Shown in pieces: positions 40,542 to 51,417 of a stretch of DNA of 64,000 nt (the stretch's first letter is position 1; the number at the start of each line of letters is the position of its first letter). The DNA is taken from NCBI GenBank assembly GCA_965214605.1, contig OZ243961.1:2848001-2912000 (forward strand). Reading direction: 5' to 3'. Below the pieces are notes generated by a model. That model was not told the DNA's origin, did no database searches, and was given only the letters and a program-made list of their open reading frames with translations. Made by a program: the position numbers and the translations under genes. Origin of the DNA: an uncultured Candidatus Binatia bacterium. Lineage in GTDB: Bacteria > Desulfobacterota > Binatia > Bin18.

Positions 40542-41647
40542 TCCCGCATTTTTAACATCGGATCTTGTTCTTCTTCGAAGTCTTCTTCCTCCTCTTCGAT
40601 CGGTCCACTCGCCCAGGGTAAGAAGCGGCGTATGCCCCGCACCGATTGTTCTTCCTCAAGCCCGGCCAAGCGGCGTTCTTCGGCCTCTTTTCTATATTTT
40701 TCGCGGGCTTCTTCAATCAGTCTGAGTTCTTCGCGGCGGTCTTCCAACGCTTGCGCCCGAATGTTGGCCTCCTCCTTTCGCAACGCGGTGACCAGCAGCA
40801 AAAGCGGATCAAGACTAGGCTCGGGTAGCCCGGCCAAGTCCCCGTTGGCCACGTCGGTGGACGGGCCAGCTTCTTGTCCGTCTTCGAGCGAAGCGACTTC
40901 TTCGGCCAGAGCGCCAATTTGTTCCAACTGTTTGATTTGTTCGGCAGAGGGGAGGGTGGTGGCCCGAAAGTCATGGGCTTTGGCCGCCAGAGTGGCTAAC
41001 TCTGGTGCCTGGTCCAGGGTCAGGACTTCTTCGAGTCTGGCTAGGGCCTCCGTGCTGGCCTCGGTTTCGGGATACTGCTCGACAAGCGACCGCAGACGGA
41101 CTCTGGCCGCAAACAAATGACCGATCCTCTGATACTGATTGCTAATGCCGAGGATACTCGACGCCAGCACTTCGCGGCACTCCCGACTCTTTTCCTCGGC
41201 CAGGGCGCTGAAGCTGCTGTCGGAGTAGCGCTCAAGGACAATCCGGAAATGTTTGTAAGCGTTTTGGGTAACGGCCTGGTCTCGGTCCGGCGAGCGCATC
41301 TGTTCGAGATATGACATGCCCCGATAGTACTCGACAAACGGCAAGTGGGGGCTCGTTGGATAGCCGCGCTCAAAGTCGTTAAACGCGGCTATCCCGTCGC
41401 TATACTCGCCATCGAGATAATACGAGTAGGCGATTTTGAGTTGGGATTCCTCCGCATAGGGATTGAGGGGGTAGTGGTCGAGCAAATCACGGAAGTTCTC
41501 GGTTGCAATATTATAGTCCCCATCCACGTAGGCTTTTTCCGCTATATCGAAATACTCCTGAGCCGACGGGCGTTTGACCACCGACGTGCAGCCGGCAAGG
41601 CAGACAAGAACAAGCACCCATACCGACAACCCGCTGTCTCTCCACAT
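40514..41647 (-). CDS. bamD: Outer membrane assembly lipoprotein BamD with long C-terminal extension
   Basis: Lipobox LAGC, TPR pattern (YPLNPYAEESQL, YPTSPHLP, DRDQ, YSDS). Confidence 0.85.
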   Translation of the reverse strand: MWRDSGLSVWVLVLVCLAGCTSVVKRPSAQEYFDIAEKAYVDGDYNIATENFRDLLDHYPLNPYAEESQLKIAYSYYLDGEYSDGIAAFNDFERGYPTSPHLPFVEYYRGMSYLEQMRSPDRDQAVTQNAYKHFRIVLERYSDSSFSALAEEKSRECREVLASSILGISNQYQRIGHLFAARVRLRSLVEQYPETEASTEALARLEEVLTLDQAPELATLAAKAHDFRATTLPSAEQIKQLEQIGALAEEVASLEDGQEAGPSTDVANGDLAGLPEPSLDPLLLLVTALRKEEANIRAQALEDRREELRLIEEAREKYRKEAEERRLAGLEEEQSVRGIRRFLPWASGPIEEEEEDFEEEQDPMLKMREWMPEWIPF

Positions 41648-41656
41648 GACCCTCTC

Positions 41657-41770
41657 ACGTTAGAGGATTTTCTCGGAGCTTGTCAACGTACCTGAGCGAT
41701 GCGGGCAGGCTCAGACCGGGGCCGACAGAGCTCGGCGGAGTTGACAGCCCGGAAATAGACACTCTAAGAT
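41657..41770. promoter_or_regulatory. Divergent sigma70 promoters for the bamD operon and fabF
   Basis: Minus: TTGACA(41686-81)-N18-TAACGT(41662-57). Plus: TTGACA(41741)-N18-TAAGAT(41765). Confidence 0.5.
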
Positions 41771-41811
41771 ACCCGAAATCCTTGTGTGTACGGATAAAGG
41801 CAGGGACCGCT

Positions 41812-43062
41812 ATGAAAGACGAACGCCGTCGCGTCGTAATTACTGGGTTGGGTTTGGTCACGCCGCTCGGTACGGGGGTTGAGAAAAACTGGACTAGGCT
41901 GGTCGAAGGTCGCTCCGGTATCGGTCCGATCACCCGCTTCGACGTATCGGACTTTCCCACCCGGATTGGTGGCGAGGTCAAAGATTTTGTGCCCGAGGAG
42001 TTCATTGAGAAACGAGAGATCAAAAAAATGGACCCCTTCATCCAGTACGCCTATGCCTCAGCCCAAATGGCAATGGATGAAGCCGGCCTGCCGATCACAC
42101 CGGACAATGAGGACTTAGTGGGGGTGATCCTCGGTGTCGGGATCGGGGGCCTGACCAGCATTGAAACCTACCATAAAATTTTCCTCGATACCGGCCTCAA
42201 AAAGGTCTCGCCGTTTTTTATTCCCAAACTGATCGCAAACTTGGCCCCCGGTCAGATCGCCATTCGCTATGGCGCTAAGGGCATCAATTACACTCCGACG
42301 AGCGCCTGCTCCTCCGGAGCGCACGCTATTGGCGAGGCGTTTCGTTTGATTCGCTTCGGCGAACAGCAGGCCGTGATTGCCGGTGGTGCAGAAGCCGCGC
42401 TCACCCCCCTAGGGCTCGGCGGCTTTATCGCCATGAAGGCGGTCTCGACCCAAAACGACGAGCCCCAAAAAGCCAGCCGCCCGTTTGATAAACGTCGGGA
42501 TGGCTTTGTGATGGCCGAAGGAGCCGGTATGGTGGTGATGGAAGAGCTGGAATCTGCGCGTCGTCGCGGGGCGAAGATCTACGCCGAGGTGGTCGGGTAT
42601 GGCGCGAACTGCGACGCTCACCATATGACCGCCCCCTCCCCTGAAGGAGAAGGGGCGGTCCGCTGTATGCGGCAGGCGCTGCGCAGCGGCAATATTCACC
42701 CGACCGAGATCGACTACATCAACGCCCACGGAACCTCGACGCCGTACAACGACGCAACTGAGACCCAGGCCATCAAACGGGTGTTTGGTGAGCATGCCGG
42801 ACGGCTGGCAATCAGTTCAACCAAATCCATGACCGGTCATCTGCTCGGTGCCGCCGGAGGAGTTGAGGCGATCTATACCGCTCTGGTCCTTGATCGTGAC
42901 ACCCTGCCACCGACCATTAACTATGAAGAACCTGATCCAGACTGTGACCTCGACTACGTCCCCAACACTCCGAGAAAAGCGCCGATTCGGGCGGTTCTCT
43001 CAAATTCATTTGGCTTCGGCGGTACCAATGTGAGCATCGCGTTTCGCAAATGGACGGAGTAA
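41812..43062 (+). CDS. fabF: 3-oxoacyl-ACP synthase II
   Basis: [49 protein letters not shown]. Confidence 0.97.
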   Translation: MKDERRRVVITGLGLVTPLGTGVEKNWTRLVEGRSGIGPITRFDVSDFPTRIGGEVKDFVPEEFIEKREIKKMDPFIQYAYASAQMAMDEAGLPITPDNEDLVGVILGVGIGGLTSIETYHKIFLDTGLKKVSPFFIPKLIANLAPGQIAIRYGAKGINYTPTSACSSGAHAIGEAFRLIRFGEQQAVIAGGAEAALTPLGLGGFIAMKAVSTQNDEPQKASRPFDKRRDGFVMAEGAGMVVMEELESARRRGAKIYAEVVGYGANCDAHHMTAPSPEGEGAVRCMRQALRSGNIHPTEIDYINAHGTSTPYNDATETQAIKRVFGEHAGRLAISSTKSMTGHLLGAAGGVEAIYTALVLDRDTLPPTINYEEPDPDCDLDYVPNTPRKAPIRAVLSNSFGFGGTNVSIAFRKWTE

Positions 43063-43188
43063 GACAACGTGGGATTGACGAAGCTGTCGAACTCGAGGTG
43101 GACGATGATCTCTTCTTGACAAGATGGTCATCATCGTTCCCCTTTCCGGCCTCATTGCCTCGGGCCAGGAGAGAGAAAGGGATTACGC

Positions 43189-44172
43189 ATGGGCGCTCGT
43201 ATCATCGGCACCGGATCCTCTGTTCCCAAGACCTGTTTGACGAATAACGACCTGGAAAAGCGCGTTGACACGAGCCATGACTGGATTGTCACCCGGACCG
43301 GAATCTCTCAACGGCATGTGGTGACCGAGGGTGAGGATATCCTCGACCTGATGCACGCCGCCAGCCTCCAAGCCCTGGACGCCTCGGGCATACAGGCTGA
43401 TCAGCTGCAAGCAATTGTGGTGGCCACCGTCTCCGGCAACTATGCCTTCCCCTCAACCGCGTGTTTGCTCCAAGCCCGCCTCGGGCTCGACAATATCCCG
43501 GCCTTTGATGTGAATGCGGCGTGTGCGGGCTTTGTGTACGGTCTATCCGTCGCCCATAGCTATATCAAAAGCGGCGACTACGACCGGCTGCTGCTAGTCG
43601 GTGCCGATACACTCAGCACCATGGTGAACTGGGAAGACCGCTCGACGTGCGTACTGTTTGGCGATGGGGCGGGAGCGGTTGTGTTGGATACCCAGAATGC
43701 CCGGTCCGACGAACGCGGCCTGCTCAGCACGGTTGTGGAATCAAGCGGGGCACTGTGGAAGCTGCTGCACGTGCGCTCCGACCATAGACAGACGGTCGAT
43801 CAAGAAGATGTGCGTCCCAAAGAGTGGGGGATTCAGATGAAGGGGCCTGAGCTGTTTAAGGTCGCTGTCCGGGCCTTATCGGAGGTCACCCGTAAAGCCC
43901 TGGACAAGGCTGGGCTATCGCCCGCAGACGTGGACCTCATGGTTCCTCATCAGGCCAATCTGCGCATTATCCGAGCTGTTGCCGAACGTCTCGGGATTGC
44001 GATGGACCAGGTGTACTGCAACATCCAGTATTACGGCAATACCTCGGCCGCCTCTATCCCTATCGCGCTTGACGAGGCCGTCCGCGTTGGCCGGGTCCGG
44101 ACCAACAATATTCTTGCTCTGTGCGGTTGCGGTGGAGGGCTGACCTGGGGGACCTCAATCATCCGCTGGTAG
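43189..44172 (+). CDS. fabH: 3-oxoacyl-ACP synthase III
   Basis: WIVTRTGI, AACAGF, LFGDGAG, PHQANLRI, GNTSAAS. Confidence 0.95.
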   Translation: MGARIIGTGSSVPKTCLTNNDLEKRVDTSHDWIVTRTGISQRHVVTEGEDILDLMHAASLQALDASGIQADQLQAIVVATVSGNYAFPSTACLLQARLGLDNIPAFDVNAACAGFVYGLSVAHSYIKSGDYDRLLLVGADTLSTMVNWEDRSTCVLFGDGAGAVVLDTQNARSDERGLLSTVVESSGALWKLLHVRSDHRQTVDQEDVRPKEWGIQMKGPELFKVAVRALSEVTRKALDKAGLSPADVDLMVPHQANLRIIRAVAERLGIAMDQVYCNIQYYGNTSAASIPIALDEAVRVGRVRTNNILALCGCGGGLTWGTSIIRW

Positions 44173-44176
44173 CCGG

Positions 44177-44692
44177 CTAAAACCACAATTCATCCCACAG
44201 CAGCAACGCAACGACCGCCCGCCGCTGAGCCCTCCGCGTATACGCCTCGGCCGCCCGCAGCGCTTCGGCCTCACGCAGATGGTAGGAGAGCACGTCGCCC
44301 TTGCCGTCAGGTCGTTGGGGCGGCTCGCGCAGGACAATCAACAGTTTTTCTTCCAATACCGGTCGCTTGGTCTCAACCGGAGGCGGAAAGCGGTCAAATG
44401 GATAATGCTTGAGCGAGGGTCTGGTCCGTGACCGGCCGCCCGGTTTGGCCGTACTGTAGCGTTTTTCCAGCAGCCAGAACTGGGAGAAGCCGGGCGGAAT
44501 ACACTGTCGGGCTTCGGCGTGGATCAGGTTCAAGCGCGTTCTGTCCAAGACCAGACTCCAGCGTATCCACTTGCGGGTCATGTAGATAAAGACATGGCCC
44601 GCGTCGCCCTGGCCGGCGCGGGTAAACGGGGTGCGGGCGGGCAGAAGATTGGACGGAAAATCCCGATAGTACGGATCGTAGGCTTCGACCAT
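44177..44692 (-). CDS. Hypothetical protein (~171 aa)
   Basis: ATG 44692 after GGGGA, follows the amidase on the same strand; no family recognised. Confidence 0.55.
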   Translation of the reverse strand: MVEAYDPYYRDFPSNLLPARTPFTRAGQGDAGHVFIYMTRKWIRWSLVLDRTRLNLIHAEARQCIPPGFSQFWLLEKRYSTAKPGGRSRTRPSLKHYPFDRFPPPVETKRPVLEEKLLIVLREPPQRPDGKGDVLSYHLREAEALRAAEAYTRRAQRRAVVALLLWDELWF

Positions 44693-44723
44693 GTCTGCCG
44701 TCCCCGCTCGTGGCCGCCGCGCT

Positions 44724-46142
44724 TTAGGACACGAGCGGCGGCCGCCGCTCGCCCACCTGGGTCGCCTGCTCAAAGGCGTGGGCCAAGCACAGCAGGCCCA
44801 AATCGTCCTGATAGCGGCCAACAATCTGCACGCCGACCGGGAGCCCTTCGGGAGTAAATCCACCCGGCACCGAGATCGCCGGCAGGCCGGTGACGCTGAT
44901 GTAGTAGCACGACTTCATCCAGTCGAGGTAGGTGTCGAGCGCCTGCCCATTGATCTCGGTCACATACTGTTGGGTCACCTCAAACGGCGGGACCTGCGAA
45001 ACCGGGGCAATCAGGAACGCGTAGCGGTCCATAAACTCCCGCATGTGGTGATATAGCTCGGTACGCCGACGTTCCGCCCGCCCGATCTGAGGACCGCTCA
45101 ACTGCTGGCCCTGCTCAATATTCCAGACCACCGAGTCTTTCATCTGGGCTCGATGTTCGTCCAAGAACTCGCCCAAAGTCAACTCAAAGTACCACGCCCG
45201 CCAGACCCGAAAAATCTCATCCGCATGGCTAAAGTCCGGCGTGGCCTCTTCGACAACGCAGCCTAGCTGCTCAAAAACCGCCCGCTGGGACTCCAGGACG
45301 GCAGTCACCCGCGGATCAACCGGCAGATCACCCAGGGTATGGCTCCAGGCTATCCGTACGTCCTGAAAAGACCGCTCCAGGTCTTGGGCGAACAGGTGAC
45401 CCGGCTCATTGAGCGCAAGTGGCGCTCGGGGGTCGGGGCCGGCCAAGACGCTCAGCAACAGGGCCGCATCTTGCACCGTTCGCGCCATCGGCCCCTCCAC
45501 CGCCAGCGGAAACCACGCGACCCGATGCGGCCAGGTTGGCACGCGTCCGGGAGATGGGCGCAGGCCGACCACATTGCAGAAACTGGCCGGGTTGCGCAGC
45601 GAGCCGCCTAGGTCGCTGCCGTCGGCCAGCGGCATCATGCCGCACGCCAAGCCAACCGCCGCCCCACCGCTACTCCCCCCACAGGTTTTGCTGAGATCAT
45701 ACGGATTGCGCGTCGCTCCAAACACCTCGTTATAGGTCTGTGAGCCGGCCCCGAACTCAGGCGTATTGGTCTTGCCAATGGTAATCGCCCCGGCCTGACG
45801 CATGCGCTCCACAATGATCTCATCTTGGTCAGGAACAAAGTCGGCAAAAATGGGCGAGCCCAGGGTCGTCCGTATGCCTGTGGTCAGGACGAGGTCTTTA
45901 TGGGCGATGGGCAGGCCGTGCAAAGGTCCAAGGGTGTCAGGCGTAGAGCGGGTCTCGTCAGCCCGGCGGGCCTGGTTGAGCGCTTGCTCGGCAATCAGGG
46001 TGACAATCGCGTTGACCTGCGGGTTGATCCGCTCAATCTGCCCGAGATGAGCCTCGACAGACTCCTGACAGGATACTTCCCGACTGCGGATACGTGCGGC
46101 TAATTCTGTGGCAGTCAAAAAACACAGTTCGCTCGTAGACAT
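44724..46142 (-). CDS. Amidase signature family protein
   Basis: PLHGLPIAHKD, GKTNTPEFG, GGSSGG, DGSDLGGSLRNPA. Confidence 0.93.
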   Translation of the reverse strand: MSTSELCFLTATELAARIRSREVSCQESVEAHLGQIERINPQVNAIVTLIAEQALNQARRADETRSTPDTLGPLHGLPIAHKDLVLTTGIRTTLGSPIFADFVPDQDEIIVERMRQAGAITIGKTNTPEFGAGSQTYNEVFGATRNPYDLSKTCGGSSGGAAVGLACGMMPLADGSDLGGSLRNPASFCNVVGLRPSPGRVPTWPHRVAWFPLAVEGPMARTVQDAALLLSVLAGPDPRAPLALNEPGHLFAQDLERSFQDVRIAWSHTLGDLPVDPRVTAVLESQRAVFEQLGCVVEEATPDFSHADEIFRVWRAWYFELTLGEFLDEHRAQMKDSVVWNIEQGQQLSGPQIGRAERRRTELYHHMREFMDRYAFLIAPVSQVPPFEVTQQYVTEINGQALDTYLDWMKSCYYISVTGLPAISVPGGFTPEGLPVGVQIVGRYQDDLGLLCLAHAFEQATQVGERRPPLVS

Positions 46143-46182
46143 AATACGTCCCCCTCCTGTCTCACATGAGCAGCGCGCTGCT

Positions 46183-46941
46183 CTAGCCTCTGCCCACATA
46201 TGGCATCTTGGTCGCCAGCACCGTCATAAACTGTACATTGGCGTCGAGGGGTAGGCTGGCCATATACACGACCGCGCGCGACACGTTCTCAACGTCCATT
46301 GTCGGCTCGGCTGCCACCGTTCCGTTGGCCTGTGGCACGCCGTGCTTCATCCTGGCTGTCATCTCCGTCTCGGCATTCCCAATATCAATTTGGCCGCAGG
46401 CAATATCGTATTTGCGACCGTCGAGAGCAGTCGATTTAGTCAGCCCCGTCATGGCGTGTTTTGTGGCGGTGTAGGGGGCCGAGTTGGGGCGCGGCACCTG
46501 GGCCGAAATTGAGCCGTTATTGATAATCCGTCCCCCGCGCGGAGCTTGGTCTTTCATGATCTTGAACGCCTCTTGGGTGCACAGAAAGGCGCCGGTCAGA
46601 TTCACATCGACCACGCTCTGCCACTGCTCGTACGACAGGTCTTCGAGAGGCAGCGGCGGTGCGCCGCTGCCAGCATTGTTGAATAGAAGATCGAGCCGTC
46701 CAAATTTTTCGCGAGTCTTGCTAAAGAGCACGCGTACCGCGGTCGGGTCGCCTACGTCGGTTGGCACGACGAGGGTCTGATCCCGAGACGCTCCGGCTGC
46801 GGCCACTGTTTGCTCCAACAGCTCGGCCCGACGGCCGGCTAGGACGACCGCATAGCCTTCCTGCAACAGGGCCAGCGTGAGGTGCCTGCCAATGCCCGTT
46901 CCGGCCCCTGTCACTAACGCGACTTTTTGATATGTCGTCAT
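46183..46941 (-). CDS. Short-chain dehydrogenase/reductase
   Basis: [23 protein letters not shown]. Confidence 0.93.
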   Translation of the reverse strand: MTTYQKVALVTGAGTGIGRHLTLALLQEGYAVVLAGRRAELLEQTVAAAGASRDQTLVVPTDVGDPTAVRVLFSKTREKFGRLDLLFNNAGSGAPPLPLEDLSYEQWQSVVDVNLTGAFLCTQEAFKIMKDQAPRGGRIINNGSISAQVPRPNSAPYTATKHAMTGLTKSTALDGRKYDIACGQIDIGNAETEMTARMKHGVPQANGTVAAEPTMDVENVSRAVVYMASLPLDANVQFMTVLATKMPYVGRG

Positions 46942-47055
46942 GATCTTCCCTCCTGTGGGATGGAGTGTGCCCATTGTGACTGCTTTCGGCGGCTTTGTCA
47001 TTCGGTGTCTCTTGTCCGGACTCGGCCAACCGCCTACGATCGGGTAGACACGCCT

Positions 47056-48207
47056 ATGGCTCACCTGATCTTTCTGCCCGGTTTTTACGGCACCCGTCTA
47101 GTCGACAAAGCGACTGGCAAGATCGTCTGGATCTCGGCCGGCCAGGCTATATTTGGCTCTCGGACTGCAGCCCGGAGCGATTTTGGTGTGAGCGGGGCGC
47201 TAGACCTCGTCCCTGGATCGGTTCTGGACCGGCTGCCGGTCATTCCCGGTCTCTATGCCCTTGATGTCTATCGTCATTTTCTGGACGAACTGCACGCCCT
47301 CCTTGGTCCTCAGACACAGTGCCATCTGCTCGGCTATGACTGGCGCGCAGATTATATTGAGGCGGTAAAAAAGCTGGCCGGGCTAGTCCGGACGCTCAAG
47401 GCTCAGGATGCGGCGCCGATTCTGCTGGTGGCCCACAGCCTCGGCGGGATCGTGGCCAGCTATTATTTGCGCTACGGGGAGCAGGAACCCGAGACGGCGC
47501 GTGAATCCTGGCAAGGAGCGGGTCACCTCGACGCGGTAGTCCTGGCGACAGTCCCCTTCCAGGGTTCAATGACCGCCTTTCGGAATATGAAACACGGCGT
47601 CAAGTTCGGCCTCAATACAAGCCTCATCAACCCCAGGGCGTTTAGCACCTTTACGACCGGTTACACCATGCTGCCGACCTATCGCCCGGTCCTGCTTGAC
47701 CATCGTCTCCGGGCCCTGTCTCACACCCTGTTTGAACCTGAGCTGTGGCGGCGCTACGCTTGGGGCTTGCTAGGCCCGACTGAGGCCGTATCGGCCGCCC
47801 TGGCCGAAAAGCGGTGGACCTCTGTGAGCCAGTCCTTGTTCCGGGGCAGACTGCTGTACGACCGGCTGCACCAGCCGTTGGAACGCCGACCCGAGCGGCC
47901 CACCCCGGTGCTGTACGCTTGGGCCGGTTCGCACCCGACTCTGAGTCGAGCCGTTGTGCTGGAGCGGCCGGCGGCTGAGGTGATTTTTGAGCGCCGCGAG
48001 TTTGCTGCCCGGCTGCCCGGCCAGCCTTACCGGGCGCTGTGCGACGACGGGGATCGGACCGTTACCACGGAGTCGGCCCGGCCGCCCCCGGCCTTCAGGC
48101 AGGCGCTCAGGGTAGAAGAGTGCCAGAGTCAGGCCGTCCACTCACAGATCTTCAACGATCGGCGCGTGCGCGACAGAATCCGAACCTTCTTGCGCGCCAA
48201 GCGATAA
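47056..48207 (+). CDS. Alpha/beta-hydrolase, LCAT/lipase-like
   Basis: [27 protein letters not shown]-terminal His. Confidence 0.82.
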   Translation: MAHLIFLPGFYGTRLVDKATGKIVWISAGQAIFGSRTAARSDFGVSGALDLVPGSVLDRLPVIPGLYALDVYRHFLDELHALLGPQTQCHLLGYDWRADYIEAVKKLAGLVRTLKAQDAAPILLVAHSLGGIVASYYLRYGEQEPETARESWQGAGHLDAVVLATVPFQGSMTAFRNMKHGVKFGLNTSLINPRAFSTFTTGYTMLPTYRPVLLDHRLRALSHTLFEPELWRRYAWGLLGPTEAVSAALAEKRWTSVSQSLFRGRLLYDRLHQPLERRPERPTPVLYAWAGSHPTLSRAVVLERPAAEVIFERREFAARLPGQPYRALCDDGDRTVTTESARPPPAFRQALRVEECQSQAVHSQIFNDRRVRDRIRTFLRAKR

Positions 48208-48601
48208 CGCCCTCCGCCTTATAGAGGCGGAATTGGTGAATGTCCACGCGGTGAGTAGGAGATAGGCTGCGGCGGAGTTGCACGGTGACTCCCCCGCATG
48301 CCAACCCGGACAATAGGGACGGAGCGGCGAAGACAGTTAGGCTTGGGAAGACAGCTGCCACTAGAGAGTTTGCCTATAACAGCGTAGGGCTTGCCAACAC
48401 ACTATCAAACGGGGGCCTTGGTCTAGCCAGAATACCCCTCCCCACCTGACCGCGTAACCTTCGGGCGGTGTCAAACGAGTCCTCTATATGCGGCTGAGCC
48501 CGGGGTATGATTCCACGGCAGAGGGACCTGTCTTGAGCGAGCGGCCCACCTCAACGGGGACTGTTGGCAGTTGACAAGGGCACGCTGAGAGAAGTGGGAG
48601 G

Positions 48602-48622
48602 ACGGCGTCCGTAAATCGCCGT
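48602..48622 (-). terminator. Hairpin immediately after the CYTH-CHAD stop codon
   Basis: ACGGCG-N9-CGCCGT inverted repeat; no clear U-tract. Confidence 0.3.
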
Positions 48623-48623
48623 T

Positions 48624-50276
48624 TCATTCGGCGGCACGTAGAAGGGCTGCGAGTCGCTTGCGGGAGACCGCTCTCTCAAAGCGTCGCCACACCTTGCCAA
48701 ACCGTCGGTGTTCTTTTGCCGCGTGTTGATCCTGGCTGTAGATCAGCTGTCCGAGGGTTAGCAACAGACGCCGGTCGGTCTTACGCAGTGGCACGGTCTG
48801 AGCATAGCCGCGCAGGCGTGCCGAGGCAACGCAGGCGTCCTGATGCTCGCCTAGCACGTCCTGGAGCTGTTTGGTCGCTTCAATGGGTTTCTTCAATGGA
48901 TCGCCGAGCGGTTTATAGACACCGCGCAGAAATTCCAGCAAATAGCGCAGGCGCTTGCCCCGGATGCGCAGGATGTGTAGTAGCTCGGCCGGAGAGTGGG
49001 CTTCAATCGCCCGGCCGCGTCTGAGCAGCTGTTTGAGATGGCGGTTGACAGCCGGTGCCGCGGCGTCACAGATACGCACCGCGTTCGATTGACGCTGTGC
49101 TGTTACCGAGGGACCGCGCTGTACGAAACGCTCAAAACGTTCTATCAGCCGGATATAGCGGCCGCTCTGAAAAGTCGTGATCAACCGGCGACGGCTACGC
49201 TGCCACTCCTCAGCTAGGTGACGTTCGTACGGGGCGAGGTAGGCGGCATCGTCGGCCGGAATGGCCTCCATATAACGTTTAAGATTTTCGCGGTACACGT
49301 CCAAGTCGCGGACCTCGCCCAACACCCGCGCCGCCCAGCGAAATTCGGCGTTTAGGCTGACGATCGCCCGCGCCGGAAGCACCGCGTGAAAGACCCGCAG
49401 AGCGGCTCTGATATGGCGCATGGCGACCCGCATCTGGTGGACGCCCTCGGGATCAAGGCCCTCCCAGGCGCGGGGCTGCTGAAGTGCCAGGATGTGTGCC
49501 TGATGGGTGAGATGCGCATACGCCAGGCGAATCCAGAGGTCTGTTGGACCGAGCTGCGGGGCTGGGGCTAGCCCGGTCGAGGGGGACAGTCCGGTGGTTT
49601 GCAGGCCACGCTGAAACTTGTTGAGCCGAGCCGGCAGGAGATCAATTTTCTTAGGTAGGAGCTCGGCTAGCTGAACTAGCGGTTCCTGGGGACCGTGCTT
49701 GAGCTCAAGCTCGATCTCGCTGAAGTTTAGCACGCCGGGGGCGAGCTTGGTGTATTTTTCTCCGTTGATCTGGACTTGGTCAATCGCGAGTTCAATCAGA
49801 GTGAACGATGATTCTTTCTTGGTGAGATGGTCCTCCTCATCGTGGACTGTACGGGCTGGCGGGTCGGCCGGGCTGGACAGCGCATACAGGATGCGCTGGT
49901 TGCGGACCACAAACAGCTCGCGGGTTTTCTTGTTGCCGACTAGGCCGGAGAGGCGGTCGCGGACTGGGCCCGAGGGAATATCGCGCAGCGTGGTGTGGGA
50001 GATGAGCAGCCGCTGTTCGATCTCTTCGCGGACCTGAATGGCGCTGTCGCGTAAGCCCAGCTCTTTGAGGGCCAGGGCCTGCTTTCCGTTGCTGTCGCGC
50101 AGGCGATAACCCCAGCCGGCCCGGAAAATCGCCCAATCGTGGGTATCAAAATATCGATCGACGATGGTCTCGTTCGAGTGTGGTTCAACACCATAGCCCA
50201 GCTCTCGCAGGACGGTCATCAACTGACCGATCTGGTACGGGTCTTGAACGAGAAACTTGGCTTCGATTTCTGGCAC
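48624..50276 (-). CDS. CYTH + CHAD domain protein (polyphosphate/triphosphate-tunnel family)
   Basis: EIEAKF, YFDT, REEIE, EIELELK; CHAD motifs EGVHQMRVA, VRDLDV, LHILRI..KRLRY, LQDVLG..QD. Confidence 0.9.
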   Translation of the reverse strand: MPEIEAKFLVQDPYQIGQLMTVLRELGYGVEPHSNETIVDRYFDTHDWAIFRAGWGYRLRDSNGKQALALKELGLRDSAIQVREEIEQRLLISHTTLRDIPSGPVRDRLSGLVGNKKTRELFVVRNQRILYALSSPADPPARTVHDEEDHLTKKESSFTLIELAIDQVQINGEKYTKLAPGVLNFSEIELELKHGPQEPLVQLAELLPKKIDLLPARLNKFQRGLQTTGLSPSTGLAPAPQLGPTDLWIRLAYAHLTHQAHILALQQPRAWEGLDPEGVHQMRVAMRHIRAALRVFHAVLPARAIVSLNAEFRWAARVLGEVRDLDVYRENLKRYMEAIPADDAAYLAPYERHLAEEWQRSRRRLITTFQSGRYIRLIERFERFVQRGPSVTAQRQSNAVRICDAAAPAVNRHLKQLLRRGRAIEAHSPAELLHILRIRGKRLRYLLEFLRGVYKPLGDPLKKPIEATKQLQDVLGEHQDACVASARLRGYAQTVPLRKTDRRLLLTLGQLIYSQDQHAAKEHRRFGKVWRRFERAVSRKRLAALLRAAE

Positions 50277-50310
50277 GGGACGCCTCTTTTCCTTAAGGAG
50301 GGTATAAAAA

Positions 50311-51417
50311 TTATGTGTTGAGCGGGCCGGCCTGTTCTTGGGCGTGCCGCACCAGTGCCGCATAGCGATAGAGGGCGTGGACAAATTTGCCGTACGGAAA
50401 GGTGAGAAACAGGCCAGCGACAAGACCTAGATGGATCACCAACAGGCTCCCCATGGCCGCGGTCTCGCGTACGGCGAGCAGTATCAGACCGCTCAGGCTG
50501 GTCAAAAACAGTAAGACGAGGAAGCCGACATCCATGCCGAAGACGCTCTCATCGGCCGGCCGTGGGTCGCTGCGCCACTTGAGCCACAGTAGCCCGGCGG
50601 GGCCGACTAGCAGACCTAGCCCACCACTTGTTCCCAACACGACCGGCAGGCTCATATACGGATAGGGGGCCTGCCACGCAAAAACGTGGTGGTAAGTCGC
50701 CGCTATGCTGGTGGCAAGAAAATCGAGCATAAAACCGTAAAAAGTGAGGTGATGAAACCATTTTCTGAGCTGAGAGAAGCCCGCGTCCGGGTAGGTACAG
50801 CCGTGACCACCGCCGCCCAAATAGGTCAGCCGTAGGGCATCCCAACCACCTCGGGCCAGGGCCGTCAGATCGGCGAACTCATTCCACTTGCCGCCAATGG
50901 CGTGCCAAAAGCGGGCCAGGCCGATCCCAAAGGCCAGCAGGATAAAGCCGCTGAGGACTAAGGCCGGAACCACTATCAGCAGATAGGGAATAACAGCATA
51001 AAAAGCGCCCGCCCCGGTGTGGGCCGAAAAGATGACCGAGGAGTCCTGCCAACCCAGCACGAGCAGCACGACGAGGCTGACGCTGGCCACGGTGATAGAG
51101 CTGAGTGCCAGCCCGTTGCGCCGAAACAGTCCGGCCAGGACGTGCGGCCAGGCAAAATCCTGATAGCTGTCCAGCCGCAGGGCGGAGAAGGTCTTGGGAA
51201 CATTGACCCCGAACTCGTGGGGCGGTGCGTACTGGCACGCGTAATAGCAGCCCCGACAGTTGTGACACAGATTGGCCAGATAGATCACGTCTTGGGGGCT
51301 GAATGTTCTGCGTAGTTCCATGGCCGGAAAAACCGCACAAAACCCATCACAATAGCGACACGCGTTGCAGATCGTCATCAGCCGCTGGGCTTCGGTCAGG
51401 AGTTCAGTGGAGGGCAT
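50311..51417 (-). CDS. tcuB: Tricarballylate utilisation 4Fe-4S membrane protein
   Basis: ICNACRYC.GFCAVFPA, LCHNCRGCYYACQY.PPHEF, HHLTFYGF, PYGKF.H. Confidence 0.93.
   Translation of the reverse strand: MPSTELLTEAQRLMTICNACRYCDGFCAVFPAMELRRTFSPQDVIYLANLCHNCRGCYYACQYAPPHEFGVNVPKTFSALRLDSYQDFAWPHVLAGLFRRNGLALSSITVASVSLVVLLVLGWQDSSVIFSAHTGAGAFYAVIPYLLIVVPALVLSGFILLAFGIGLARFWHAIGGKWNEFADLTALARGGWDALRLTYLGGGGHGCTYPDAGFSQLRKWFHHLTFYGFMLDFLATSIAATYHHVFAWQAPYPYMSLPVVLGTSGGLGLLVGPAGLLWLKWRSDPRPADESVFGMDVGFLVLLFLTSLSGLILLAVRETAAMGSLLVIHLGLVAGLFLTFPYGKFVHALYRYAALVRHAQEQAGPLNT

Noticed and set aside
48210-48240. Hairpin resembling an IS200/IS605 end
   Set aside because: No tnpA, tnpB or iscB remnant and no second end seen; kept only as generic structure.
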